Source: Phycisphaerae bacterium (GTDB lineage Bacteria; Planctomycetota; Phycisphaerae; UBA1845; Fen-1342). Taken from it: DNA of 64,000 nt. Positions 28,477 to 39,054 of the stretch are shown here, one piece after another (positions within the stretch are counted from its first letter, which is position 1; the number at the start of each line of letters is the position of its first letter). The DNA is taken from positions 160,001-224,000 of the forward strand of contig CAXXWX010000026.1 in NCBI GenBank assembly GCA_963675745.2, in the 5' to 3' direction. The notes beneath the pieces were generated by a model that was not told where the DNA came from, ran no database searches, and saw only the letters and a program-made list of their open reading frames with translations. Both the position numbers and the translations under genes were made by a program.

Positions 28477-29124
28477 ATGCACACTTGGCGGATCTTGTTG
28501 ATGCTGGCGGTTGCCGCGTGCGGAATCGGGGCGGCAAACGGCACGGTGGTCAACGTCGATTTCGAGGGCGGCCTGGCCGGCGACCAGACCTACGCCGGCG
28601 ATGACGCCGCCCTGAGCTCCGCCGGCGGAACCGTCTGGAACAGCGTCATGTTCACGGGCGCCGCTGACCTGCTCGATGAGTTCGGCGGGAACACGCCGTT
28701 TGACGTCGAGATCTTCGGCGACGCGGTCACGTCGAACCCGGTGGCAGGTAATGTGCTTCAGGATTCCGGCGCAGCGGCCCCAATGAACCTGCTCGGGCTC
28801 ATTCCGGGTGAGACATACACCCTCGCCGGTTACGTCGACACAAACGGCGGCTTCGGCGTCACCGACGCGACCGGCCCTGTCGGCTTCTTCGCCTACGGCG
28901 CGCCCGACGCGGATGGCTGGTCGCTGCCGGGAACCGAGGGCGACGGCGGGGACTACTTCCTCGTCCAGGGACTCCAACCCTACGAGGTCGAGACCGGCAA
29001 GTGGGGCGTTTCACTCGTGCTCGACGGCACAATGACGGGGCTTCAGATCAGCGGCGCCGTTCCTGAACCGTCGTCGCTGCTGCTACTGGGCATCGCCGCC
29101 TTGCTGAGCATTCGTCGCCGCTAA
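28477..29124 (+). CDS. PEP-CTERM sorting domain protein
   Basis: Signal peptide and C-terminal VPEPSSLLLLGIAALLSIRRR. GGGAG RBS. Confidence 0.92.
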   Translation: MHTWRILLMLAVAACGIGAANGTVVNVDFEGGLAGDQTYAGDDAALSSAGGTVWNSVMFTGAADLLDEFGGNTPFDVEIFGDAVTSNPVAGNVLQDSGAAAPMNLLGLIPGETYTLAGYVDTNGGFGVTDATGPVGFFAYGAPDADGWSLPGTEGDGGDYFLVQGLQPYEVETGKWGVSLVLDGTMTGLQISGAVPEPSSLLLLGIAALLSIRRR

Positions 29125-29230
29125 GGCAGCTCCCGCATTCACACGGTGGCCGTGGCAGGCGACTCCATCCAGTTGTTACGCGCCCTGATTGCCGGCCAGT
29201 CCGGCGGTACCCGTGCCGCTGCGCAGCGCT

Positions 29231-29782
29231 CTACGCCTGTGACGGGCCACCGGTGCCGACTGACGAACGCCAATGCTGCAGCAGCGTGATGATCGCCCAG
29301 ATGGTCGCGATGATATAGGTTGCCACCGCGCTGTAGACGAACGACCACATCAGTCCCGAACGTTCCGCCGCGGCCAGCCCCCACAGCCGTTCGATCGAGG
29401 TCGCCATCGAGACCGCGTAGTACACGAAGAAAATGATCGTGAAACACGCGAAGAAGTGGCGATCGAGCAGGCGAAACTCTGGTTTCGATTCGAGCCACGT
29501 CTCCCAGCTCGGCGTGTTCGACAGGCGCGGCTCGATCTCCTCCCGCATGAAGCGGCCGGCGCGCACCATCTGGTGGTGTTGCGCCAGAAACAGCATGATG
29601 AGCACGAGCATGAAGAACGGCAGCACAAGCCAGACCAGTGCGTCGGTGTCCCATGTCACGTAGGTCATCGTCGGTACGCCCAGCAATCCGATGATCACCG
29701 TCCAGAAAAGACGCACCTGTAGACCTTCAATCTCTCGGCGAATGGACGCGAACTGGTCTCTCAGGAATTGATTGTCTTCCAT
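29231..29782 (-). CDS. hypothetical integral membrane protein (about 4 TM)
   Basis: Four hydrophobic segments. AGGAGG RBS before ATG 29782 (MEDNQF...). Confidence 0.75.
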   Translation of the reverse strand: MEDNQFLRDQFASIRREIEGLQVRLFWTVIIGLLGVPTMTYVTWDTDALVWLVLPFFMLVLIMLFLAQHHQMVRAGRFMREEIEPRLSNTPSWETWLESKPEFRLLDRHFFACFTIIFFVYYAVSMATSIERLWGLAAAERSGLMWSFVYSAVATYIIATIWAIITLLQHWRSSVGTGGPSQA

Positions 29783-29943
29783 CGTCTGCCTCCTGTGACG
29801 GACGTTGTGGTGCCGATTCGTTACCGGCAAGATGTGCCCATGCGCGAATCCTACAACCGGCGGCCCGCTGTCGCCACCGGCGCATCATCTTCTGATGCCG
29901 CGCCGAGGGACTTTCTGGTGGCCAATGATGTGCGAATCCGTGT

Positions 29944-31329
29944 TCAGCGCAGCGGCGACGGCTCGGATGGCAGACAACCGCCGTTCGAGAGGATCACCTG
30001 CTGATACCACGAATACGAGTCCTTGGGGATGCGTTCCAGGGTCTCGAAATCCACGTAGATCAGCCCAAAACGCATGCGATACCCTTCCGCCCACTCAAAA
30101 TTGTCGAGAATCGACCAGTGGAAGTAACCGCGAACGTCGATACCGTCGGCAATCGCCCGGCGCAGCGCCACCAGGTAGCGTGCGGTGAAGTCGATGCGCG
30201 GCGCGTCATGCACGTGCCCATCCACGTGTACCCAGTCCATCGCGGCGCACCCGTTTTCCGTGATGTAGATCGGCAGGCGATAACGCTCGTGCAGGAAACG
30301 CGGCCCCCAATACAGCACCAGTGGATCGACCGGCCAGTGCGACATTGTCTGCGGGTATCCACGCGGCCGCGCCGACTCGCACGGCTCACCCGCGCCCGGC
30401 GTCGATGCCGTCGGAATCCCCTGGTAGATATTCACGCCGAAGAAGTCCAGCGGTTGGCTGATCAGCGTCAGGTCGCGCTCAAAGCCTGTCGGCATCTCAT
30501 GGCCGAAGTGCTGCAAGCCGCTTGCGGGGTACTCTCCGAGCACCACGGGGTCGGAATACCATGTGCTCGAGAAGCACCAGCCGGGTTTGCCCGAGACGCT
30601 CTCAAAAGCATGGCGGGCGGTCGCGACATCAGCCTCCGCCGATGTCGCCGGATACGGAATGGCCCCGTGTGGTGCCCAGCCGATCTGTGGCGAAAGCGTC
30701 GCCGTCGAGCGTATCACCTGCACCGCTCGGCCATGGGCCATCAGGGCATGATGAATCCCACGCAGCACATGTGGCTGGTCATAGCGCATTCCCGGTGCGT
30801 GTATGCCCGTTTCATGGCCCAGCCCCATGAAGCACTGCGGCTCGTTGAGGGTCATCCAGTGCTGGACACGGTCTCCCAACCGTTCGACGACCACGCGCGT
30901 GTAGTCACCGAACCAATCGACGACCTGCCGGTTCAGCCAACCGCCGCGCCGAAACAGCGTCTCCGGGAAATCCCAGTGAAAGAGCGTAATCCAGGGCGTA
31001 ATGCCGCGGCTCAGCAACGCGTCCACGACTCGATCGTAAAAATCCAGTCCGGCAGCCGAAGCTGTGCCCGTCCCGTCCGGCAGAACGCGCGACCAGCTCA
31101 CGGAGAGGCGATAGGCCTTGGCCCCCAGGTCCGCGATCAGAGCCACATCCTCGGGATAGCGGTGATAGTGATCGCACGCGACCTCGCCGGTGTGGCCGCC
31201 AAAAACCGCTCCCGGACGTGCGGAGAACGCATCCCAGACCGACGGGCTGCGGCCATCAGCCTCGACAGCGCCCTCGATCTGATAGGCGGCGGCCGCAACG
31301 CCCCATAAAAATCCATTTGGGAAGCTCAT
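29944..31329 (-). CDS. GH1 beta-glucosidase
   Basis: FLWGVAAAAYQIEG, ACDHYHRY, TLNEP (acid/base), ITENG (nucleophile) and DNFEWAEG. Confidence 0.96.
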   Translation of the reverse strand: MSFPNGFLWGVAAAAYQIEGAVEADGRSPSVWDAFSARPGAVFGGHTGEVACDHYHRYPEDVALIADLGAKAYRLSVSWSRVLPDGTGTASAAGLDFYDRVVDALLSRGITPWITLFHWDFPETLFRRGGWLNRQVVDWFGDYTRVVVERLGDRVQHWMTLNEPQCFMGLGHETGIHAPGMRYDQPHVLRGIHHALMAHGRAVQVIRSTATLSPQIGWAPHGAIPYPATSAEADVATARHAFESVSGKPGWCFSSTWYSDPVVLGEYPASGLQHFGHEMPTGFERDLTLISQPLDFFGVNIYQGIPTASTPGAGEPCESARPRGYPQTMSHWPVDPLVLYWGPRFLHERYRLPIYITENGCAAMDWVHVDGHVHDAPRIDFTARYLVALRRAIADGIDVRGYFHWSILDNFEWAEGYRMRFGLIYVDFETLERIPKDSYSWYQQVILSNGGCLPSEPSPLR

Positions 31330-31367
31330 AAAAGGCTGCCTCGCAAGTGTGGTGAACACATCGACTT

Positions 31368-31380
31368 TGTTTCAGAAACA
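31368..31380. promoter_or_regulatory. palindromic putative operator TGTTTC-A-GAAACA in the GH1/LacI divergent region
   Basis: Perfect interrupted palindrome. A related site TGTTTCGTGAACA lies at 31501-31513, and the spacer between the divergent genes is AT-rich. Confidence 0.45.
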
Positions 31381-31540
31381 CATGTGCCAGTTTAGCGACT
31401 TGAGCAACACCAATCAAGGTCGTTTGCCACAATACTCTCGGAAAACACCTTGCAAATGGCTATTATTTGAGTTACCCTGAAGGCATGAGCGGATCAGAAT
31501 TGTTTCGTGAACAACCTGAAACAACACCGGATATGTAACA

Positions 31541-32608
31541 ATGGGTACGGCAACCGTTCGAGGCATTGCGGGCAAGCTGGGCGTCTCACCGGCGACTGTC
31601 TCGCGCTCACTGAACAACTCCCCCGATGTTAGCGAGCCCGTCCGCGCGAAGGTGCTCGCCGAAGCGCGCCGCGTGGGGTACGAATTCGTCCGCAAACCCC
31701 CTCGTACGGGTCGCGTCGGCCTGCTCTTCTTTGATGAAACGACCGGGCCACGGTACAGCGGATATGACGCGCTGGTGTGGGGTAGCGTGACGCGGGCCGC
31801 GTTATCGCTGCATTATGACGTGTGCACACTCAACCCCCTCGATCGCAAGCCGGAGGAATCGTTCGGCGCGTTTGCGACGCGCAAGGGTGTTGAGGGATTG
31901 CTTGTACGCGTGGATGAAGGGTCTCGGCATGTGGCGCTGGAGATCGCCGCCGATGGCGTGCCCCACGTCGTGATTGCCGACCGCTTTGATGATGAGCGTG
32001 TGAACTACGCGTACTGCAACTCGGTGCAGGCCAGCCGGCAGGCGATCGAGCACCTCCTGCAACTCGGACACCAACGCATCGCGATCGCCCACAACACCAT
32101 CCTTGACACCGATCATCGTGATCGAATCGCAGCTTACGAAGAGGTGCTTACCCGCTCCGGTATCGGGATCGATCCGGAGTTGATCGTGCCCATCAGCGCC
32201 GAGATCGGCGGTGGTGCGGCGGCGTTCAACCGCCTGGTATCGCTGCGCGAGCCCCCCACCGCGCTGTTTTTGACCGACCCGCAGTTGACGCTCGGCGTGC
32301 TCCGCCGCGCCTTGGAAGTAAACGTGCGTATCCCCAACGAGCTTTCGATCGTGGGCGTGGATGACGAGCGTCTGCGAAAGACCACCCACCCGGTCTACAC
32401 CGCGGTCTGCCAGAACGCCGCCGAGCTTGGCAATCAGGCCGGCCGTTGGCTCTGTCGCCAGTTGGCGCAAGGTTTCCGGCGTAATGGCAATTCGGGGAAA
32501 CTGCGTTCCGAACTGGATGCGTTTCTGGAGATCAACCAGACCACCGCACCGCCGCCGGACCGGGCGGTGCGTATGACACCCAGCGGGCAACGGATCCAGG
32601 CTGAATAG
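31541..32608 (+). CDS. LacI family transcriptional regulator
   Basis: [25 protein letters not shown], plus [11 protein letters not shown] and [12 protein letters not shown]. Confidence 0.95.
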   Translation: MGTATVRGIAGKLGVSPATVSRSLNNSPDVSEPVRAKVLAEARRVGYEFVRKPPRTGRVGLLFFDETTGPRYSGYDALVWGSVTRAALSLHYDVCTLNPLDRKPEESFGAFATRKGVEGLLVRVDEGSRHVALEIAADGVPHVVIADRFDDERVNYAYCNSVQASRQAIEHLLQLGHQRIAIAHNTILDTDHRDRIAAYEEVLTRSGIGIDPELIVPISAEIGGGAAAFNRLVSLREPPTALFLTDPQLTLGVLRRALEVNVRIPNELSIVGVDDERLRKTTHPVYTAVCQNAAELGNQAGRWLCRQLAQGFRRNGNSGKLRSELDAFLEINQTTAPPPDRAVRMTPSGQRIQAE

Positions 32609-32631
32609 GCACGCCCCAAGGGACTCGGGCT

Positions 32632-33459
32632 ATGCAGGCATATTCCACCTCGAACAACGCAGTGCAGCGGCCGGCCAGTCGTCAGACGGCGTTCACGCTG
32701 ATTGAGCTGCTCGTTGTCGTGGCGATCATTGCGTTATTGATCTCCATTCTGCTGCCGTCGCTGGCGCACGCGCGCCGGCAAGCCATGCGCGTACTGTGCC
32801 AATCGAATCTCCGGCAGCAGAACATGGCCACGCTGCTTTACATCAACGACAATGACGAGCGCTACCCAATCGCCAAGAACTTCTTCTGGGAACGATACTT
32901 TTACAATGACCTCACATTCGCCAACTACACCCAGGATGCGCTGATTCCATACCTGGGCGGCGTGCGCGGACAGGATGTGCCCGTCGACCCGGTTGATTAC
33001 AACATCATCGCGTTCTCAAAGGTCTTTCGCTGTCCGTCGGTCGAACGTCGTCCAGCCACGCCCAACACCACCGATCCGAACGGCGTCAGTTGGATCAAGA
33101 GCCCCGCGGCCAACCACTATCGCTACAACACCCACAAGGCAGTCGTTCATCCGCGCCCGCCGCGCAAGCCGCTGGGGCGTGCCGTGGGGCAGGTCGCTTC
33201 GCCGGCTATCGCGATCCTGTCGTACGACATTGTTTTCCCGCAGTGGTCACTCAAGGACATTCCGCACGGCACCGAGGGCCGACGGCAAATCAACGTGGCG
33301 TACGCCGACGGGCACGTAGCGCCGATGACGGGCGAGGAGTACTTCGAGCTCAGCCCGCATTCGAACGAGCCGGACTACACGGATGAAGGGCGCAATCTGT
33401 TCATCGCCAACGGCTGGGACAAGGTCTACGACGATCCAAACGAGTTATCGCAGGAGTAG
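32632..33459 (+). CDS. prepilin-type N-terminal cleavage/methylation protein with H-X9-DG domain (DUF1559-like)
   Basis: [39 protein letters not shown] and H...INVAYADGH. Confidence 0.93.
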   Translation: MQAYSTSNNAVQRPASRQTAFTLIELLVVVAIIALLISILLPSLAHARRQAMRVLCQSNLRQQNMATLLYINDNDERYPIAKNFFWERYFYNDLTFANYTQDALIPYLGGVRGQDVPVDPVDYNIIAFSKVFRCPSVERRPATPNTTDPNGVSWIKSPAANHYRYNTHKAVVHPRPPRKPLGRAVGQVASPAIAILSYDIVFPQWSLKDIPHGTEGRRQINVAYADGHVAPMTGEEYFELSPHSNEPDYTDEGRNLFIANGWDKVYDDPNELSQE

Positions 33460-33464
33460 CCCGA

Positions 33465-35897
33465 GTGCCGGGAACTGGAGGCAGGCAGGGAGTTTGCTGG
33501 CGCGTTGGTATCGCGCTGCTGGTGCAGACTGCGCTGCTTGCCGCGGCCGTGGCCGAACCGCTGCCTCACCTGCGCGTGTCGGGCTCCAGGCTGGTCGATG
33601 ACCAGGACCGCCCTATCGTTCTCAAGGGCTGCAACCTGGGTAACTGGCTGCTGCTTGAACCGTGGATGCTCGGCGTGAGCAACCAGTTCGCCGATCAACA
33701 CGAGATCATCAAAGCGTTCGAGGACCGCTTCGGGCAGAACCGGGCAGAGGCTCTTCTCGACACATACCGCCGCAACTGGATTACGCCGCGCGAGCTCGAA
33801 CTCGTTCGTCACTTTCAGTTCAACGTCGTGCGCGTACCGTTCCACCACCGACTGCTCGCCGATGAATCAACGCCAGTTGAGCTGCGCGACGACGCGTTTG
33901 AGTGGCTCGATCGCGCTGTGGATATGGCTGAGGCGGCGGGCGTGTACGTCATTCTCGATATGCACGGCGCGCCCGGCGGGCAAAGCGTCGACATGACCAC
34001 CGGCCGCAAAGGGCGGAACCGCCTGTGGAATGATGCGGGGTGCCAGCGCCGGACGGCCTGGTTGTGGCAGCGTATCGCCGAGCGCTATCGCGACCGCGAC
34101 GCCGTCATAGCCTACGACCTGCTGAACGAGCCGTGGCACGACTACCGCACGGATGTCCGTGGCCCGCTGCTGAAGCTCGTGAGCAAGCTGTATGACTCGA
34201 TTCGCGAAGTCGATCCGGAAACGCTGATCTTCGCGCCCGGCACGCTACAGGGCATTCGTTTTTACGGCGATCCGCGCGCGCACGGCTGGACGAATGTCGG
34301 GCTAACCGAGCACCACTACCCCGGCCTGTTCGGCCAGGGCGCGCCGACGCTCGCGGCACACGCGAACTACCTCACCACCTTGACGCCGGCCCGCGCCGCG
34401 TACCTCAACACGCTCAACGTGCCCTTCCTCGTCGGCGAATTCAACGTGGTGTTCGACACCGCCGCGCAACCCGAAATGATGCGGCGTTACTACGACGAGT
34501 TCGCCGGATACAACTGGCTCGCAACGATGTGGTCGCTGCGGATCGTTCGGCCCGAAGGTGGTGTCGGCGAGAACAACTGGTACCTGGCAACGAACGCAGA
34601 GCCGTTTGCGCTACCCGACTTCAAGACCGCAAGCTTTGACGAGATTGAGGCGGCGTTTGAACGGCTTGGCACGCAGGAGCTGGCCGTTGATGAGCCACTG
34701 CGTCTCGCGTTGACGCAGGCGACTCCACCGGACCTTCCCATCGCGCTGGGGGACACGGCTAACCGGAAAATCCTCGACAGCGCGCCGAAGGGGTGGCGCG
34801 CGGTCGACGTCGGCGGCGCGGCGCCGGGCGGGGGCCACTACGATGAAGAGGACCGCGCCATCCTCTTCGGGCGTGGCGGTGATTTGTGGGGCGCGCACGA
34901 CGAATTCCGTTTCCTCGCGCACGCCGCCACGGATGATGCCAAACTCGTCACGTGGTTGACCGAGTTGCAAGCCCCGCACCGGCACGCCAAGGCCGGACTC
35001 ATGTTGCGCGCCGGTCTTGATGCCGATGACGCGCATGTGCTGATCCACGGATTCGCCGACGGCCGGGTCGTACTGGCGTGGCGTCCGGAGAAAGGGGCCG
35101 CGACACAGGAACGCGTGCTGGCAATCACCGGATTCCCGATGGGGCTCGACATCGAACGCAACGACGGCCACATCCGTGTCCGATTCGCCGATGTCGATGG
35201 TCAATGGTGCGAAACAAGCGCCCCGGAAATCCCTGCTTTGCGCAGCGGCGGACAGATTGGCATGGTCGTGTGCGGCCATGACGAGCATGCCTATGCCCGC
35301 GCGACGTTTGTTGGCCGGGGCCGCGTCGCCCACGACCGCCCTGACGGAAAACATGAGAACCTGCTCCGCAACGCGTCGTTCGAACGGTGCGCGGCCGAGA
35401 CAACCGATTTGCCGGCTGATTGGCAGCGTTGGGGCGCTTGGTTCAACCGCGAGGATAGTTGGACGCCGCGCCGTGACGGCGAGTGCGTGCTTGCGTATCA
35501 CCACTGGCGGCTTGAGCGGGCCGACAGTGCGGGAATTTACCAGGAGGTGGTCGGGATCGCGCCGGGCGTCTCGACCACTTTCTCTGTCTTCGCCAATCGC
35601 GACGAACCCCGAGAGGACATGCACGGTCCGGCGAGTGTCGAACTACGGATCGAGAGCACATTGAACGGACGGATGGTCCATGTTGCCTCGCAAACGTACG
35701 CCGCCGCACAAATCGCGACCGGCGACAAGTGGAGCAAGCTGACTGTTGACGGTGCCGTGCCGAGCGACTCGGCGCGCGTCTTGCTGATTGTGAGTGCCAG
35801 TAAGGAAACCCCGCGTGATGCCGCGTTGAAGTTTGACGCCGCCGCGCTGCGAACTGTGGAGAACGCCCCCGGGCTGGTGCGCGCCGGGTCTGACTGA
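33465..35897 (+). CDS. GH5 glycoside hydrolase with C-terminal concanavalin-like and CBM-like domains
   Basis: NLGNWLLLEPWM, VRVPF, LDMHGAPGGQS, LLNEP and VGEF. AKAGLMLR module and NLLRNASFE CBM-like start. Confidence 0.9.
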   Translation: MPGTGGRQGVCWRVGIALLVQTALLAAAVAEPLPHLRVSGSRLVDDQDRPIVLKGCNLGNWLLLEPWMLGVSNQFADQHEIIKAFEDRFGQNRAEALLDTYRRNWITPRELELVRHFQFNVVRVPFHHRLLADESTPVELRDDAFEWLDRAVDMAEAAGVYVILDMHGAPGGQSVDMTTGRKGRNRLWNDAGCQRRTAWLWQRIAERYRDRDAVIAYDLLNEPWHDYRTDVRGPLLKLVSKLYDSIREVDPETLIFAPGTLQGIRFYGDPRAHGWTNVGLTEHHYPGLFGQGAPTLAAHANYLTTLTPARAAYLNTLNVPFLVGEFNVVFDTAAQPEMMRRYYDEFAGYNWLATMWSLRIVRPEGGVGENNWYLATNAEPFALPDFKTASFDEIEAAFERLGTQELAVDEPLRLALTQATPPDLPIALGDTANRKILDSAPKGWRAVDVGGAAPGGGHYDEEDRAILFGRGGDLWGAHDEFRFLAHAATDDAKLVTWLTELQAPHRHAKAGLMLRAGLDADDAHVLIHGFADGRVVLAWRPEKGAATQERVLAITGFPMGLDIERNDGHIRVRFADVDGQWCETSAPEIPALRSGGQIGMVVCGHDEHAYARATFVGRGRVAHDRPDGKHENLLRNASFERCAAETTDLPADWQRWGAWFNREDSWTPRRDGECVLAYHHWRLERADSAGIYQEVVGIAPGVSTTFSVFANRDEPREDMHGPASVELRIESTLNGRMVHVASQTYAAAQIATGDKWSKLTVDGAVPSDSARVLLIVSASKETPRDAALKFDAAALRTVENAPGLVRAGSD

Positions 35898-35920
35898 ACC
35901 CTGTATAAGGAGGAAAGAGC

Positions 35921-36541
35921 ATGAGGAGATTGTTGCTGATTGGGTTGTTATGTGTGGCGGTTAGTCCAGCATCCGCAAACCTGCTGGTCAACGGCGGTTT
36001 CGAGGACGGCGACACCGGCCCGATCAATGGCGATGGCGTACCGCCAAGCTGGTTCGCATGGGGCCCCGAGAGCGGCTGGCATCACAACGACGCCGGCAAG
36101 GTCATTGATACCAAGGCCGTGAAGTTCTGGTGGGATGACGTAGGCCTCTGGCAGGATGTCGCCGTCGTCGGTGGCACCGAGTACGACTTCAGCGTGATGG
36201 CGTTCAATTCCACCGATGATCTACTCACCGGCTGGAACGGGCTGCTGAGAGCCGAGTTTTACGACAGCACGGTCGGCACCGATCCGGGCGACGTGCTCTC
36301 ATCGGTGCAACTTGACCGTTACTACTCGGCGACCGATCCGGTGGACGCGTGGGTCGAGATCAGCGGGCCTGCAACCGCGCCCCCGACCGCCGACATCGGC
36401 CGCATCATCATCCAGATCGCCGACTGGCAGTCATCGGGTGTAGGTGGTTCGCTGAATTTCGACAACGCGTCGATTACGCCGGAGCCAACGTCGGCGCTGG
36501 CGCTGCTGAGCCTTGCACTATTGGCACTGCGCCGCCGGTAG
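35921..36541 (+). CDS. PEP-CTERM protein with CBM4/9-like domain
   Basis: Signal, NLLVNGGFE...FDNASI, and tail TPEPTSALALLSLALLALRRR. AGGAGG RBS. Confidence 0.9.
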   Translation: MRRLLLIGLLCVAVSPASANLLVNGGFEDGDTGPINGDGVPPSWFAWGPESGWHHNDAGKVIDTKAVKFWWDDVGLWQDVAVVGGTEYDFSVMAFNSTDDLLTGWNGLLRAEFYDSTVGTDPGDVLSSVQLDRYYSATDPVDAWVEISGPATAPPTADIGRIIIQIADWQSSGVGGSLNFDNASITPEPTSALALLSLALLALRRR

Positions 36542-36676
36542 TCCGGCCGCGTTGTCGCGACCGAGTGAGTGGAGGTTGGGCCGCGCGTTCCGCTCGCGGG
36601 AGCGGGTGCGTCAGGGCAGTTGTGGGCTGAATTCGCCGCCGGTCGTGTCGGGGCGAGAGTGTTTTGGAGAGCGAGA

Positions 36677-38926
36677 ATGCGCAAGTTTGGACAGCTTCTG
36701 GTGGTGGCCGCGTTGTTGGGCACGTTCGCGAGTGCCGGCCACGCCGTCGATAACCTGTTGGTTAATCCCGGCTTCGCCGACACCGATCCGAACGTCCCCG
36801 GCTATGGTGACGGTTGGGGGATGTTTGGCGCGGCCGACTTCAACGATTTCTTCGGAAACCCGCACGCGAGCTTTTACGGCGATACCGCGGGTAATACCGG
36901 CGGCGTGTTTCAGGTGGGTCTCACCGGCGGTGCCGGCGCGACCTATCAATTCACCCTGGCGAACACGCGTATCGAGGCGAACTGGGATGCCGACCTGTAT
37001 TTCGGACTCGAATACTACGCGGCTGACGACACCACCAAGCTCGGCGAAACGCTGGTGCTCGCGGACACCGCGACACGCGTCGCGCAGGCACGCGTCGATG
37101 GAAACGTCTTCGCGATGGCGGGCACGGCGGTCACAGGGACAGCGTTCGTACGGCCCATTGTCAGATTCGACAATGTGAATACGGGCTACTCCAGCGAACC
37201 GTCCGCCAACACCTTCTTGTTCAATACCTTCCTGAATGTCGCGCCCTTGCCGGGACAGAACTACCTCAAGAACCCGGGGTTCGATGACCTGGACGGCGAC
37301 GCGGCGTTCGGCGACTACTGGTCCGCCTATGGCGCCGCGGGGTTTAACGAGTTTTTCGGGCCAAACAACCCGCACGCGAGCCTGTTCGCCGACACAATCG
37401 GTAACTTCGGCGGCGTATACCAGCAGGGGATTCTCGGAGTGGCCGGCGCGACCTATCAACTCTCACTTAGCAATGTGCGCGTCGAGGCCGACTTCGACGG
37501 TGACCTCTTCTTCGGGCTCGAGTATTACGGCGATGATGACTACACCAAGCTCGGCGAGGACATTGTCGCCATCGATACCGTCCTCACCGGGGATGGCCTG
37601 GCGTATACGATGCTTGGCACCGCTGTCACAGGTACCGTGTACGTCCGCCCGGTGGTCTTCTTTGACAATGTGCAGACCACCGGCACACAGCGCGGCGTGT
37701 TCATTTTCGACGCCACGCTGACCGAACCGGCGCCGGGCTTTAACCTGCTGCGCAACCCCGGCTTCCTTGATACCGATTCCAATGGTGAGTTCGGTGATCA
37801 TTGGGGCTCATTCGGCGCGACGGGCTTCCACGACTACTGGGGCGGCAACCCGCACGCGAGCCTGTTCGGCGATTGGTTCGACAATATCGGCGCTGTATTC
37901 CAACTCGGGCTGCCGGCGCTGCCCGGCGAGGCCTATGAGTTCGATCTGCTCGACACACGGATCGAGGAGAACTGGGATGCGGACCTGTACGCCGGCATCG
38001 AGTTCTACGCCGCCGACAACGCAACCAAGATCAGCGAGACCTTGGTGTTGCTGGACACGGCGGCTCGGCTGGCTCTGGGCCTGACCGATGGCAACGTCTT
38101 CAGCATGCAGGCCACGGCGCCCGCCGGCGCGAAGTATGCCCGGCCGATCATACGCTTCGACAATGTGAATCAGGACTACTTCGGCGATGTCGAGCAGACC
38201 AACTCGTTCACCTTCAACACGTTCATGGGCCTGGCCCCGCTGCCCGACGAAGAGCACATCAAGAACCCCGGCTTCAACGACGCCGATGGCGATGGTGGTT
38301 TTGGCGACTACTGGGGCAAGTTCGGCGCCGTCGACTTCAACGAGTTCTTCGGATCGGGCAATCCCCACGCCAGTTTCTTTGCCGACACGATCGGCAACAC
38401 GGGCTTTGTCTATCAACCGTCGATCCTCGCCATCAGCGACGCGCAGTACGAGTTCCAACTGCTCGACGTACGCATCGAGGCCAACTTCGACGCGGACCTG
38501 TACTTCGGTCTGGAGTACTACGGCGATGACAATTTCGTGAAGATCGGTGAGACCGTCGAACTAATCGATACAAGCATCACCGGCGACGGCTTGTCTTACA
38601 GCCTGTACAGCACCGCCCCGCCGACCGCGGCCTACGTCCGGCCGATTATCTTCTACGACAATGTGGGGACCACCGGCGGTGAGCAGAGAAACGCTTTCGT
38701 CTTCGCCACATCGCTGACCGAAGCGGCCGGCCTCGTCGGCGATCTGAACTGCGACGGCATAGTGAACAACGGCGATATCGACCCGTTCGTGCTGGCCTTG
38801 AACGACCCCGGCGCCTACGCCGCCGCCTACCCGGATTGCGATATCAATCTGGGAGATATCAACGACGACGGAAACGTGAATAACGGCGATATCGACCCGT
38901 TTGTGGGGCTGCTGACATCGCCGTGA
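36677..38926 (+). CDS. secreted non-catalytic protein: four tandem CBM-like domains plus dockerin-like domain
   Basis: Four domains begin NLLVNPGF, NYLKNPGF, NLLRNPGF and EHIKNPGF, each with NPHAS and VRP/ARP..FDNV-type motifs. Tail GDLNCDGIVNNGDIDPF...GDINDDGNVNNGDIDPF. Start ATG 36677. Confidence 0.85.
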   Translation: MRKFGQLLVVAALLGTFASAGHAVDNLLVNPGFADTDPNVPGYGDGWGMFGAADFNDFFGNPHASFYGDTAGNTGGVFQVGLTGGAGATYQFTLANTRIEANWDADLYFGLEYYAADDTTKLGETLVLADTATRVAQARVDGNVFAMAGTAVTGTAFVRPIVRFDNVNTGYSSEPSANTFLFNTFLNVAPLPGQNYLKNPGFDDLDGDAAFGDYWSAYGAAGFNEFFGPNNPHASLFADTIGNFGGVYQQGILGVAGATYQLSLSNVRVEADFDGDLFFGLEYYGDDDYTKLGEDIVAIDTVLTGDGLAYTMLGTAVTGTVYVRPVVFFDNVQTTGTQRGVFIFDATLTEPAPGFNLLRNPGFLDTDSNGEFGDHWGSFGATGFHDYWGGNPHASLFGDWFDNIGAVFQLGLPALPGEAYEFDLLDTRIEENWDADLYAGIEFYAADNATKISETLVLLDTAARLALGLTDGNVFSMQATAPAGAKYARPIIRFDNVNQDYFGDVEQTNSFTFNTFMGLAPLPDEEHIKNPGFNDADGDGGFGDYWGKFGAVDFNEFFGSGNPHASFFADTIGNTGFVYQPSILAISDAQYEFQLLDVRIEANFDADLYFGLEYYGDDNFVKIGETVELIDTSITGDGLSYSLYSTAPPTAAYVRPIIFYDNVGTTGGEQRNAFVFATSLTEAAGLVGDLNCDGIVNNGDIDPFVLALNDPGAYAAAYPDCDINLGDINDDGNVNNGDIDPFVGLLTSP

Positions 38927-39054
38927 GGATGAAGACCAGCGCGGCGGCGCACAATTCGTGACGCGCCGACGCCGGTCGCACTGTACAATGCGCTTGGTCG
39001 GTCACAACCAGGCCGGCCAGGCGCATCTGACTATGCGTATCCTGATGTGAGCAA

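Noticed and set aside
28174..28977. N-terminal extension of the 1083-aa track ORF
   Set aside because: It overlaps the PEP-CTERM gene in antisense, and the true signal peptide begins at 28173.
31375..31389. Sigma54-like TGGCAC-N5-TTTC on the minus strand upstream of GH1
   Set aside because: It lacks the conserved -12 GC, and no enhancer-binding protein gene is nearby.
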